DNA of 62,357 nt, filler included, from Basidiobolus ranarum (taxonomy: Eukaryota): assembly GCA_040143965.1 (NCBI GenBank). It is 19 parts of 19 records of this genome, joined end to end, with 100 filler letters (N's around TTAATTAATTAA, not from the genome) between each part and the next. Parts side by side here need not be neighbours in the genome. Positions count along the whole stretch, not along the records: positions 23,071 to 26,261 come from JASJQH010002664.1; positions 26,362 to 29,548 come from JASJQH010002665.1; positions 29,649 to 32,834 come from JASJQH010002666.1; positions 32,935 to 36,119 come from JASJQH010002667.1; positions 36,220 to 39,402 come from JASJQH010002668.1; 14 more parts are not named here. One strand, written 5' to 3'. The notes beneath the pieces are model-generated. The model was not told the DNA's origin and made no database searches. It saw nothing but the letters and a program-made list of their open reading frames with translations. Made by a program: the position numbers and the translations under genes. Each line of letters begins with the position of its first letter. Positions within the stretch are counted from its first letter, which is position 1. This document shows positions 26,113 to 39,502 of the stretch, piece after piece.

Positions 26113-26261
26113 ATGGCTACAAACGAAAAGGACATTCACGAGCTCCAACAGATGGAAATCGGCGCTGCTGATGAAGAGCAACTCACTGAACGTGAGAAAG
26201 AACTTCTCCGCCTGGAGCGTGAGTTGAACGCGAATCTCGTTCATCAGCTTCTCGAGAGTCC
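26113..26261 (+). CDS. 5' end of unknown gene (right copy of inverted pair), truncated by contig end
   Basis: MATNEKDIHELQQMEIGAADEEQLTEREKELLRLERELNANLVHQLLES; TATATAA near 26059. Confidence 0.7.
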
Positions 26262-26361
26262 NNNNNNNNNNNNNNNNNNNNNNNNNNNNNNNNNNNNNNN
26301 NNNNNTTAATTAATTAANNNNNNNNNNNNNNNNNNNNNNNNNNNNNNNNNNNNNNNNNNNN

Positions 26362-27699
26362 GTCATTCTAAATCTTCTAGCGTCACAGATGATAGATCTC
26401 AAATGGAGGATTTGAGGAAAGAGGAATTCCCTGCTCTACCTGGTTCTGGGAATCGCTCCAGTTCTTCTAATTCTTTATCGTATGCTACAAGTTTAGCTAA
26501 TGGAGGTTCGGTAACGTCACCACAATCGCAACCACTTAATGGTACCATTGGTACACCACTTGCTAACCGGACAAATACTGGTAAGCTTTCAAAAAATTTA
26601 TATATGTGAAGCTAAGGAAATCGACTTTAATCCAATCAATTGCTGAATGAATTTACTTTACTCATTATGTACACAGCCCTCACGGAAGGAGAAAAGGTGA
26701 GTAGTACCCTTAACTTTCTTCATTTCATCACGAGTCTCTTATTAGCCAATGCTAATCTTTGAGATGTTATTTGTTACAGAGCTGGGCTACCAAATTATCC
26801 GGATCTTTACAAAATACTCAAACTACTACGATTCAAAGTGCAAATAATAATAACGAGAGTGCAGCCATCACCAATAAATACGGAATGTTGGGGATGCTTT
26901 CTTTGATAAAGCCGGCCGATCAACAGGTCGCCCTACTTGTAAATGGATGTGATTTAACGACTCTAGGCTTAAACCTTAATTCTCAAGAGTAAGTTCGGTT
27001 TGAATTGGAATACAATTCTAGAGAGCACTTTACTCAATTTCCTTTAGTGCACTTTATGCTACTTTCTTAACTCCATGGGCTGGAACTTCTACAGATTCGG
27101 AATCTCGGATAGAACCTGCCTACCACTTACCACCATGTTATAATGCTCAAGCACCTCCACCACCGCAACTTAAAATTGGCTCTTTTACGGATGAAACATT
27201 ATTTTATGTTTTCTACTCTATGCCTAGAGATGTGATGCAAGAAGCAGCAGCTCAGGAACTGTAAGTCTCATTCTACTGATAGCCACTATTACTGATGTAC
27301 GCATTTCACTCATTTGAGATCCCCTCTTTCCTCTCCCACAGGTTTAATCGTAATTGGAGATTCCACAAAGAGGCACGGCTATGGCTGACGAAAGAACCCG
27401 GAAGTGAACTTAAAGCAAAGACTGCAGCTTATGAACGTGGTACATATCTTTTCTTCGATCCAGCCATTTGGAGTACAGTGAAAAAGGAGGACTTCGTACT
27501 GGCATATGAATCGCTTGAAGATCGGACACCAACTATGATGCCGACTAACCCTAATTATAATTCCAATATCGGAGTTACCCCTAGCTCTATGACAGGAATG
27601 CCAATGCAGAACAACTTCCCACCCCAATTTTCTTTCCCTAATCAAAATCAATTAAGATATGGCCTAGCTTCTGGACCTGGCTATGGTAAAGAATATTGA
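26362..27699 (+). CDS. NOT2: CCR4-NOT subunit NOT2, 5'-truncated; exons about <26362-26580, 26677-26696, 26780-26988, 27048-27260, 27342-27699
   Basis: KYGMLGML, GCDLTTLGLNLNS, FTDETLFYVFYSMPRDVMQEAAAQELFNRNWRFHK...YERGTYLFFDP; GT-AG introns. Confidence 0.9.
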
Positions 27700-28286
27700 A
27701 GAAATTGGGGCATCGTACCCCTTCCTCTCATGTTATATCACAAGTACTTTAAACGAACTTTCTTTTGTTCACTTTTTACCTTCCTTTATACACTTTCATT
27801 AAATGCAATGAACCTTTCAGATTTGATCGAAATCCATTGGTTGATTTTTACGTGATAATTGAATTACTCTCATTTGATTTGGGTTAGAGATTTAGGTAAA
27901 TGGGTAAGGGTAAGGGTAAAGGTAAGTGTATGGGTCAAACTCCACTCTATTTTGGGTCCAATGAGTATCAAGTTCAGTGAAGTTCATTCCTACCCTAAAG
28001 TAAATCATACGCTCAAGCCTATGTTGTTGAATCTGAGATTGAAGAAATTTCATTACGGATCTATCGACTACAATAGCATGGTTGAAAATAACCATCCAGC
28101 GAAATGACCAATAAAAAGAGAAATGAGTAAATGAAAATAATATGGCGTTCATATTAATTTATATCCATTTAAAGGAGAACCATCATAAGGGTCATGAGTA
28201 TGGGATATATAAAGTGAATTTCACCATTATTTTCTTCATTTTGTATTCACTTTACTATTTCTAAAAAGTGTCTTTTCTAGAATTTA

Positions 28287-29548
28287 ATGTGTACCGTTTT
28301 AAAATACCTCGCTTTCGTAGGATGGACTATCACTTCGGTATATGGTGATGTTACCTTCAATGTCGTGGGATTTCCCACTAAAGAAGATGGTAAAGGAGAC
28401 TCCACACTAGCTGTTTCGGTGAATAATCAATGGATCAAGTTAACCACCACACCAGAAACATTCCCCCTGTGGAGTGGTGTGGTTCCAGGGGTAACCACAC
28501 CATTGAAATACCAATACGGTATCCTGGATGGTAGCGATAACCTATTGAATAAGGAGAAATTCATACGAGAACTTCAAGAAGGAACACAATCTAAGAATGA
28601 TTTCTTCACACATTCACAAACTATGTGGAAATTCACGGAAATACCGAACTCTTGGGAAACCTCGAACTCTATTAAACCGGAAATCTTCCTCGATGGTAAA
28701 ATCGGTACCTTTCACTTAACCGCAGATCCAACGGAGATGTCCGCTATTCATACGGGTGATATAGATGGAGATATCAAAGTGAACTTGACTTTTATTCATC
28801 CAGATTTCACTAAATCTTTGAATAATGTTTCTCTGGGAATTAGTGGTCAATCGTCAAGGTTATTCGCTAAACAATCGTATAAATTGAAGTTCAAAGATTC
28901 GGGGGAATTTTTCTCTACTCGATCTATCAAACTTAGAGCTGAGGAGACCGATCCTACCATGATGCGCGAGAAGATCTACATTGATCTATTGAATTCTTTT
29001 GGAGTGGCTTCCATTCAGGCTAATTGGGCACGTCTGTTCGTCAATAAACAGCCAGTGGGTTTGTTTTTAATGACGGATGATGTAAAGTCCCCATTTCTCA
29101 AGCGGACTTTCCATGATAGCGATGAAAATGCCAAGATCGGAGCAGGATTCAAATGTAACGCCATTGAAGAAACTAAAGCAGCTAATCTGGCCTTTAAAGG
29201 AGGGGATTTAACTGGATATGATTTTCAAAACACTTACGAAGTTGAAGAAGCACCCGATGGTAAAGATGTCGCCCATCATAGTTTAGTAGAATTTATGAAA
29301 ATCATCAGTGATTTTAATCCAGTCAATGCTAGTGATAATGATCTCAAGAAACTCTCCGAGGTTTGGGATTATTCACACTTCCTTCGTGCTATGGCATTGG
29401 AATTTTTGGCTGGTTCTTGGGACACCTTCTGGTGGGCGGGTAGTAATTACTATCTTTATAAGCCACCAGGAAAGCCCTGGGTCTATATTCCTACCGATTT
29501 TGATTTCACCTTTGGAAGTGATTATCCAAATCTGGATATGGGCACTTA
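28287..29548 (+). CDS. cotH: CotH-family secreted kinase-like protein, 3'-truncated
   Basis: Signal-peptide-like N-terminus; GQSSRLFAKQSYKLKF, IKLRAEETDPTMMREKIY, LAGSWDTFWWAGSNYYLY, YIPTDFDFTFG; TATATAAA near 28207. Confidence 0.9.
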
Positions 29549-29648
29549 NNNNNNNNNNNNNNNNNNNNNNNNNNNNNNNNNNNNNNNNNNNNTTAATTAA
29601 TTAANNNNNNNNNNNNNNNNNNNNNNNNNNNNNNNNNNNNNNNNNNNN

Positions 29649-29835
29649 CTATATAAGCACCATGTATTTCTTGATCAGACCTCAGTCTGATCAACACCAG
29701 TTATCAATAAAGATTCTTGCCAAAGTATCTTCCTTGTCCAGTCTTGTCTTGTCTTGTGGTCTACACCCAAGTACTCTCCTGCCTTCTAGCCTCTTGTTGT
29801 TGTTTCCAGTCCTTGTCCAGTTCCTTATTGTGACA
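29649..29835 (+). mobile_element. LTR-C 3' part abutting copia pol
   Basis: Reverse-complement homolog of 18224-18410; ends TGTGACA. Confidence 0.75.
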
Positions 29836-31813
29836 TTGACATAAAGCAAAAAGGTTTATATAGGAGATAACCAGCCACTAGAAGCTCTGGGAGTGAGAGA
29901 AATTTTAGTGGATCTTGGGGGCATCTCTGCGAACATGTATTTGATGCTGTAAATGGTGCCATATGTGCCTGTGATAGCAAAAAACCTGTTAACAGTGAGT
30001 AAAGCTACATCTGAGGGATTTAGCTTTAATATTGATCAAAATGGCTGTACAATCAGGGTTCAAAAAGGGAATTATATATATTCTGGAGCTAAGCAAAGTT
30101 ACTTGTAAAAACCTCATGATATTAGGCCATAATATGAACAAGTTAATACTGCCACAGCAGAAGAGATTGACTGGAAAACCTGGCATAGGAGATTGGATCA
30201 ATTAGGAGCTGAAAATATGGGAAATCTAATCAAAAACAAGATGGTTTTGGGACAAAATTATGTAATTCACCAGATTTGGAGCTATGTGGAGGCTTCCTAT
30301 ATGGTGGGCAACACAGACAGCTGTTGGTGGGCTCTGGAATGAGCCAAATTGATCAAAAATTGGGCCTGATACATTCAGATCTGTGGTGCCCAATGCAGAC
30401 AAAATCCTTAGGCAGAAAAAGGCACTTTATGACCATTATTGATGATAAGACATAGTGTACTTGGGTGTCCTTTCTGACCAGTAAGGATGAAACCTCTGAT
30501 ACCTTCAAGAAATTCAAAGCATTGGTGGAGACTAAACCAGGTCTAAAGATCAAGATTATCCGTACTGATAATGGAGGGGAATATACCTCAAAGCTCTTCT
30601 CTAACTACTGCTCAACACATGGAATAAAACAGCAGACTACAGTGCCATATTCCCCACAGCAGAATGGAATAGCAGAACATGTAAACAGATCAATAATGGA
30701 AAAGACATGATTGTTGCATCAAGATCAAGACTGACCAAAACAGTTCTGTGCTGAATTGGTTGCAACTGCAGTATTTATTAGGAGTAGATGTCCTTATAGG
30801 TCTCTATTGGTTATGACACCTTATCAAGCTTGGTTTGGAAGTAAACATGATGTGGCTGATCTCAGAGTTTTTGGAAGTACCACCTGTGCAAAGATTCCAG
30901 ACCAGAAGAGATCAAAATTAGATGGAAAAAGCCAGAAATGTCTTTTTTTGGAATATTGTGAAGGAACAAAAGGGTACTGATTATATGACACTGTAAATAA
31001 GAGCCTAATTAAGTCAAGGGATGTGAAATTTGCTGAAGAAGAAAAATTTTCAATCAAAACAATCCAGGATCAAGAAAAAAACCCAAAGTTGCTGAAAACT
31101 CTTTTTTCTCTTCCCAGATCCTGATCAGTAAGAGAAAAATTGAAAATTCCTCACCTGCAGTCTGCTCAACCAAGCCTGAAGTGATTTCATTCCCTAAATT
31201 GGTACCATAAGTTGTAGTGCCGATTTCCCATCCTAGGAGGTCAAATCAGATGAGATCTCCACTTGTTTACTACTCTCACACTAGCCAAAAGAAGCCTAGT
31301 GTCAATTTAGCCTTTTCTGATGAGCCCAAATGCATACAAGAGGTTGTGAAGAGTCCCAACACAAAGTTTTGGAATACTGCAATGGCAGAGGAGTATCAGT
31401 CACTCATAGATAACCAAACTTGTACTTTGGTTAAGTTACCTGATGACCAAAAAACAATTGGATGTAAATGGGTATTTTAAGTTAAATAGCAAGCTGATGG
31501 ATCTGTAGAAACAAATAAAGCCAAATTTGTGGCTAATTGATACTCTCAAATGGAAAGAGTGGAGTACAATGAAACATTTGCTCCTGTAGCAAAGTTTAAT
31601 TCCATCAGAACTGTACTAGCAGCAGCAGCAAAACATAGCTTTAAAATCCATCAAATGGAAGCTATAACTGATTTTATGAATGGGAACTTGGAAGAGGAAA
31701 TATTCATGGATCAACTAGATGGCTTTATGGATCCTGAGTACCCTGACGATGTGTGTCAGCTTCAAAAATAGCTTTATGAACTTAAACAATCACCTAGGGC
31801 TGGTTATGCTAAG
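29836..31813 (+). mobile_element. Degenerate copia pol (integrase, RT)
   Basis: WHRRL, IIRTDNGGEYTS, TVPYSPQQNGIAE, ETFAPVAKFNSIR, LEEEIFMDQ. Confidence 0.92.
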
Positions 31814-32834
31814 CTCTAACAAAAAAAAAATTGATTTGATCCTGATCAGATCCACCCTTCAAAATAGCAAAACTGCCAGAGAACCATCACAATATTATTG
31901 GCTTGCATTCTGTCAGGGATTTTGATGGTGTGATGGCGGCTTCTTGACAGTATCTTAATGGTGTTCACAGATGTTAAAATATTGATTCTCAAATTTGGCA
32001 TGCGTTATTCAATATCCAGCAATTATTGCAAAAGTTTAATTTTCAAATGACAAATTACTGGGTTTACTGCTGTAGGAATTTGAATTAATATGCATGCCTT
32101 TATTTAGATATTTTAGGTTTTGTATTCCAGCCATAATGAGAATCAAAAAATACAAGAATCATGCTGTGTTTAGTCTCTACGTATGCACATATTTGACTGA
32201 TTAGACATAACTCAACAACATCAATATGCCTTACCAGCAAACTAACAGTGGAAAAATTGCTAAACATCTGAGATTTTGAATAGCACTGACACTTGGCAAA
32301 TAGCTGATGCTTGTTACTTTTCACAATGAGAGTAAGCTCTTTCATTTTGGCAAATTTCTGTAAGGAATTCAGCCAATATATCCCCAACTTCCAGTCAACA
32401 AATGTCCTGGCACAAGCAGATGTGTCATTGCTTGAATAGATTACCTCATGGTTATAATGATAATACTGCGTATCTCCATCTATCTCACCAAGAATTCTGT
32501 CTTGCAGCTTTCCTAAAAATACTGTCAGATTATCACACAAGCAAATTAGTCCGACTATAATGTAATACTCTTTGTCCATGGATTGGGCTTTGTTGCTGTT
32601 GATGTGCTCAAACAATGCAAAAACCTGTGAGCCCATTGATAAGAGCCCTTTGTTGGCAGGTTAATATACTCAGGAGTCTCCTTAACCCATTGCATTACAT
32701 TCATCACTGATTTTGCTGATACATTGTTGATCAGATTAGCATACAGTAATACTGACAATTTCACATAGAGCATCATTTCACCACAGGTGTGCTCCATTGG
32801 GAACTCCAAGAATGTATAGCAAGGGCTTATAATC
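31814..32834 (-). mobile_element. CMC End B and tnp2 C-terminal region inserted in copia RT
   Basis: CTCTAACAAAAAAAAAATTG terminus; homology to 7467-8480. Confidence 0.8.
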
Positions 32835-32934
32835 NNNNNNNNNNNNNNNNNNNNNNNNNNNNNNNNNNNNNNNNNNNNTTAATTAATTAANNNNNNNNNN
32901 NNNNNNNNNNNNNNNNNNNNNNNNNNNNNNNNNN

Positions 32935-33169
32935 ATATAGCTGAGTGAGTAGTATCTGAATGTTGTTGAATAGTAAGTGCATAGTGCCTAATGGGAAGCT
33001 CTGGTGCCAGCTCATACCCTTTAGCAATATAATCTTAGGCTTACAGCTAATACCAAGTTTGATGTTAGACTGACTATTTGGTGATTTGATATCAGTGATC
33101 ATGTTGTAATCTGACCAGGCTCTTGACAGAAAAAGCATGGAGTTTAGTTTGTATTTTGATAGTAGTAGT
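32935..33169 (-). mobile_element. tnp2 internal fragment
   Basis: SFPLGTMHLLFNNI; homologous to 8893-9130. Confidence 0.75.
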
Positions 33170-36119
33170 TGTTAAAGTATTTGGGAGGCTGTTGAAAGTG
33201 GTTTGGAGAATTAAAGCAATTGGTGATTTTCACTTTTTGATTTATTGAATAGAAGTTGACATTTATAGCTTTGTCGAGATGTAAAGAAATAAACAAGTTG
33301 AATAAGTTATGGAAGGTCCCAGGAACATATGTGCAAAGTTTGGGGCTTCAGGCACTAGTCTGAAAAATCTATAAATCTGAGAACTTCTAAGTTGGTGAAA
33401 ATATTCTAAATAAACTCCAATTGAGAATAATAGAGAATATCTTAGTGATTTATAAGGTAACCAAGTACCAAGCTGTATATGACTATAACGTGTTTAGCAA
33501 AGTTATTTTCAACACTCTCCCTTAACTAAATACTCATATAGACTAATCCCAGTAAAGGTCTAAATTTCTCAAATTTTTTTATAGCACATAGTTTGGTTAA
33601 TATATCAGCAATTATTAAAGTATTTTGGAATCTGTTGTAAGTGGTTTGGAGAATCAAGGAGTTGGTGGTGTTCACCTATCAATTTGTTGAGTAGCAAGCT
33701 TACATTTATAGTTTGGTCAAATGTAAGCTAACAAACATGTAGAATTTGTTAAGGAAGATACCAGGAACATGTATGCAAAGTTTGGGACTTTTGGCATAAG
33801 TTTGAAGAATCTAAACATCTGAGAACTTCTGAGTTGGTAAAAACATTCTAAGTAAATTCCAATTGAGAATAAAGGATAATATCTCAGTGAATTATAGGAT
33901 AACTAAGTACTAAGCTATATATGACTATATAAGTGTTTAGGCAAAGCTAATTTCAACATTCTTCCTGAACTAAATAGTCATATAAACTAATCCTAATAAA
34001 GGTCTAACTTTCTCTAATATTGGTCTAGCTAATGGTTATGTTAATATATCAGAAATGATGTCTTATGTAGAACAATAATTTAAGCCAATAAACTTATTCT
34101 CTATAGTCTCTCTAATCAAGTGATGCTTAATATCTATATGTTTACATCTATTATGAAACATGGGATTTTTAGCAAATTTGATTCAACTTTGATTGTCTTG
34201 AAATGTTGTTGTTGGTGAACTTTGAGAATAGCCCAAATTGGTCAAGAGCTTTCTAACCATATTGCTTCTTCTGTTGCTTCACAGGCAGCCAAGTATTCAG
34301 CTTTTGTTGTACAAAGCGCTACTGTAGGTTGTTTCCTTAAATTCCAAGAAATAGCTCCATTACAGTAAAGAACTAAGTATCCTGTTGTAGATCACATGTC
34401 TTCAATATCTCTTCCCCAATTTGCATCTTAGTATCCCTTCAGATCAAAGTTTGATCCAGAATATGTGTTTTTTAAGCATAGATCCACAGTACCTTTCAAA
34501 TGTCTGAAATTCCACTTAACTGCTATGATTTGATCAGAGCCATAATTGTGAAGATATTGGCAGATAACTCCCACAGAATATGTAATATCTGGCCATATTG
34601 CAACCATAATATACATCAAATTACCAACTATAGACTGATATGGAAATTTCTGGCTTTCATAAGAATACAAAAACATCTGATTTGAGCCATTTTTGGTCAA
34701 GTTAAGATTTGTCTCCGTTGGGATAGATACTGGATTACATTCTTCCATTTTAAACTTCTGTAGTAAGTCTAGGATATACTTAGACTGGTTTAAAGTTATT
34801 GTCTTGGTTGCTCTATCTATCTCAATTTGGATTCAAAGATAGTACATCAGTTCACCAAGATCAGTCATTTTTAATTGTGCAGATAAGCTGGATTTGGTTT
34901 TCTCCAAAGTCTTCAAGGCATTAGTTGCTACCATAAGGGCTTCTACATATAAGGCTAATGAAAGTGGGTTTATCTTATCTGGCCTGGAGCTGATACTATA
35001 GTAATCATTACTCTTTGGGAATTGGGGTGTTTCCAAAAAAGCGTATATCTTGCTATTCCAAGCTTTGGAGATTGTTTTAAGCCATAGAGTGTTTTCCAGA
35101 GTCTGCAAACTTTTAGGGTTTTCTGGGTCCACCAATCCATCTGGCCTGCCCTTATAGGTCTCCTCAGCAAGTTCACCATTCAAAAGAGCAGTTTAACATC
35201 CATTTGATGTATAATAAACTGATATTTAGCTGCAATTGCTACATTCAATCTAATTGATTTTAACTTTGCTACAGGAGCAAAAGTTTATGTACAATCAATT
35301 CCTGGGGTTTGGGAATATCCTTTCACTGCTGGTCTAGCCTTGTACCCTTTTACATTGCCATCAGAGTTGTATTTAACTTTGAACACCTGCTGGCAGCCAA
35401 TTGAATTTCTATCATCAAGTAAGTTGAGTAAAATCCAAGTTTAATTATCAATCAAAGCCTAGTACTCATCAGCCATTGCAGATCTCCAAGATATTGTGTG
35501 AGAGCCATTCAGGGCCTCTTTTACACTCTGGGGTTCATGTGTTTGAGCTGTGCAGGCATAGGCCCAATTCTGGGACTCAGTAATATAGTAATCAGGGCCA
35601 TTTCTGATCCAATTTAATCTCCTGGTTTGGGATAAAGGTACTACAACTTCTGGCATGGTATTGAGCACTTCAGTAGGCAAAGTTTTGGTTGAATGTTCCA
35701 CAGGAATACTATTCTCTGTGTTGTTTTGGTTTGATTCAATTTGAATGATTGGAACATGAGAAAATTGATTTTTATCATCATCTGAGGTCATTTTGGGTCA
35801 ACATTTTTCACATTCATTAAGCAAAACATCCCTGGCCTTGATTAACTTGGAAATTCTGGTATCATAGAGTTTGTAGGCATTAGCTTGAGTACCAGAACCC
35901 AGAAATATGCATTACTTACTTTTTGGATCAAATTTAGACCGATTTTTGGTCGTAAACCTGACATACGCAATGCATCCAAAGATCCTCAAATGTTTTACAT
36001 CAGGTTTAACTGCAAACCAAGCTTTATATGGTGTAGAGTTAGACAGACTTCTAGTAAAACTCCTATTCTTCAGATATACAGCAGTAGCAACAGATTCCGC
36101 CCAAAAAGTATGAGATAAA
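33170..36119 (-). mobile_element. Two nested copia LTR-A elements (3' LTRs 33170-33514 and about 33613-33958) with RNase H, RT and integrase relics
   Basis: PPT next to each LTR; PYQSIVGNLMYIMVAIWPDI, LYGLKQS, EPQSVKEAL. Confidence 0.9.
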
Positions 36120-36279
36120 NNNNNNNNNNNNNNNNNNNNNNNNNNNNNNNNNNNNNNNNNNNNTTAATTAATTAANNNNNNNNNNNNNNNNNNNNNNNNN
36201 NNNNNNNNNNNNNNNNNNNGGTTCCGTTCAAGGAGTACCATTGCCTGAGTGCTCGCATGAGTGCATGCAGCAATTTTGC

Positions 36280-39240
36280 AGTTCACAGACCATCTCAGGG
36301 TGTTTTTGGTCAACAAATCCATCAGGTTACTCCATATAGATCTCTTCTTCTGGACTTCCTTTAAGAAAGGCTGTTTTTCATCCATTTTATGTAAATAAGG
36401 TTATGGACTGCTGAGAGTTCCAGGATTGATCTAATGGAGATAAACTTAGCTACCGGATCAAATGTTTGACCAAAATCAACTCCTGGAGTCTGTGATTTAC
36501 ATTATGAACTAACTTTGCTTTGAATACTCCTATGGTTCCATCATATTGGTTTGTAAGCATGTAGACCCATTTGCAAACTGTTGCCTCTCTCCCTGTTGGT
36601 AGGGGACTTATAACCAATGTTTTATTATCTTAAAGTGAAGGAAGCACATCAGTCATTGCTTTTTCTCATAATGAGGATTTGGGACACTACAGAGCTTGAT
36701 CCAGAGTCTTTGGCTGGTCACAGAATGCTGCATTAGCAAGGACAGCATCATCAGAAGATTTCCACTAGATCCCTGGGGTATTTCTCCTTGTGATGGTGCT
36801 TCTAGGTCCTGAATTGTCCAGTGATGCAATTGGGGCTTCAATTTTGGTTGAATATTGCTCAGATACAGCTGAGATCTTGTCAAACACTCCTTTAACAACT
36901 TTGATTGTGTTTTCTGGATCAATGACCATGAGTTGAGATTATAAAATAGCTTTTTCATCAAAAATAACATCTCTCCAATTAATTTACTTCCAATTTTCAG
37001 TAGCAAATATTCTGCAGGCCTCATGTCCATCATAGTAACCAAAAAATATGCATTTTCTGCTTTTGAGTTCTAATTCATAGCAATTTGAGCAACAATTAGG
37101 CAATATGCTATGCAACCAAGAATCCTGAGATGATCCACACTTGGTTTTGATCCATATAGTGCCTCAAATGAAGTAAAATATTGTAGAAATCTTGTAGGGC
37201 ATTGGTGTGTGATATAGACTGCAGTGATCACAGATTCAGCCCAACATTGGTAATCTAACTTTTCATCATGTAACATTGATCTTGCTATCTTTCACTATGG
37301 TCCCAGAAGCATTTTCTGCTACTCTATTTTGCTGTGGGGTAAAAGATATAGTAGTTGGTTGCTCAATTTCATGTTAAGAACAAAATCTAGAAAGTCTTTG
37401 GAGCAGTACTCTCCACCATTATCCCTCCTTAGTACCCTGATTTTTTGTGCTAATTTCTGCTTTCCCAAATACTTTGTAGAGCTTAAATGAGTTTAATTCT
37501 TTACACTTTGATTTCAATCAGAATACTCAAATATATCTTGTTTTGTCTTCAATGAAGGTCATAAGGTACCTTTTGCTGCCTAGTGAGACATTTTTCATGT
37601 TCCCACAGAAGTCAGAATGAATCAGGGCAAAATTCTGGGTGAATTTACTCTCTCCAGGGCTTGAAACTGTGGTCTGTGATGTTTCTCATATATGCAACCT
37701 CCACACAGTTCCAGTCAAGTGATATTTTCAATTTCTAAGCCTGAAACAAGTTAATCTTGGAACATTTGGGTTGCTTTTTGCTCCCTAATGTGGTCTAATC
37801 TTCTTTCCATTGTTTCACAGCTTATTTCCTTGGTCTTGGCAAAGTTAGCATGCTCTGAATGCAATTTGCTGTTAATTAGCTTGTATAAGTCTTTGGTTTT
37901 GATCGAAGTAGCAAATTTGATAGGATTCTGATCTGTGATAGTGCATCCAGTCTTTTTGACCCTCAAATACAGTCCTTGAGCAGCCGCTTGACATACTGAG
38001 AGTAGATTCTTGGCTACATTTGGTACATTAAGTATAACATCCAATTTTGCAGATGGTGCAGATGATTTTTGGTCTCAATTGAGCGCAACTACATCTAGAG
38101 CACAGTCCTCACATAAATAGACCTACCTTGAATGGATGGGTTTTAAGCTGGAAACCTAATCTTTCTTGTGTGACATAGGTTGGGAAGTTCTGGAATCAAT
38201 GTTCCACATTTCTGAGCCTCTCTTAGTGGGTACTGATTGGGTAGACAAAAATATATGATCTCTATAAGTGCTTACTTGATTTTCAGTCCTCACAATTTTG
38301 CAGATGGTGCAGCTGATTTTTTGGTCTAAATTGAGCACAACTGCATCTAGAGCGCAGTCCTCACATAAATAGACCTACCTTGAATGGATGGGTTTTAAGC
38401 TGGAAACCTAATCTTTCATGTGTAACATATGTTGGAAAGTTCCTGAATCGATGTACCAGATTTCTGAGTCTCCCTTAGTGGTTACTGATACAGTACACAC
38501 AAATATAAGATCTCTATTAGTGCTTACTTTATTTGCATATTCTGATTTTAGCTTTTTGGGAAAAACTATTTATCTACAATCTTTTATTCAAGAGCCTGGT
38601 TTAATGCAATACTTGCAGACAATTGATTACCTATTAGGGCCGCAATTATTGAAGCCTGCTGGATGTTTACAGTTTCCAAAAATGCTTGATCTTCCTTAAT
38701 TTGCCAATATTTAGATCCCCTTAATTCCTCATTCCAAAGCCTAGCACTATATACTCTTCAGATTTCATCTGAATTGAGAATAAGATTTGCATGAGATATT
38801 GAATATTAGCCAGACATTTATTCTCATTTAGTCTTTCAAGTGTTTTCTAAGCAGTTTGGATGTTTTTGGCTGAGTGTAAATGCCTCAATTGAGAGTGGCA
38901 GAGATGTAGACATAGTTTAGAGAGTGCTTTCCTCTGCTTCTGGTTAAAGGAAAGGATAACTTCTGGTAAATACTTTAGGCCTATCTCTTCTCCAGTAACA
39001 AATCACCAAAGATTCTTGTATTCTAGCACCATTTACATCTTGAACTTCCAAAGGTAAAAGTCTTCATCACCACAGCTCTCTGTGGATGCAAAAATGCTAG
39101 TAACAGTACTAGTAGATAGTTCTTTGAAAGCTAGCTCAGGTCTCATAGCCTGATAAAGTGTAAAGAGGATTTCAATGTGCTATAGACAAGATATAGATTT
39201 GTGAATTGGAAACATCAGTATTATTGAATTGAATATGTTA
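36280..39240 (-). mobile_element. Copia (LTR-B family) 5' half: LTR remnant, PBS 39139-39150, protease, integrase, RT
   Basis: WYIDSGTFQH, VPNVAKNLLSV, DNGGEY, CWAESVITAVYI; leader homologous to 5225-5590. Confidence 0.85.
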
Positions 39241-39402
39241 AAGCTCCAAAGAATCCCTGGTCTACTTTATTTTACTGAGAATTTGATCTGCTTGAATTCC
39301 TCATTCTGAAGCATAGCACCAACATACTCCATTGTCAATGGCTTTGATCTTGATTCTAGGGAAATTATGAGGTTCCCAAACTTGTCTGGCAAGCTCCCAA
39401 GT
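39240..39402 (-). mobile_element. Copia gag fragment
   Basis: Manual translation LGSLPDKFGNLIISLESRSKPLTMEYVGAMLQNEE. Confidence 0.65.
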
Positions 39403-39502
39403 NNNNNNNNNNNNNNNNNNNNNNNNNNNNNNNNNNNNNNNNNNNNTTAATTAATTAANNNNNNNNNNNNNNNNNNNNNNNNNNNNNNNNNNNNNNNNNN
39501 NN

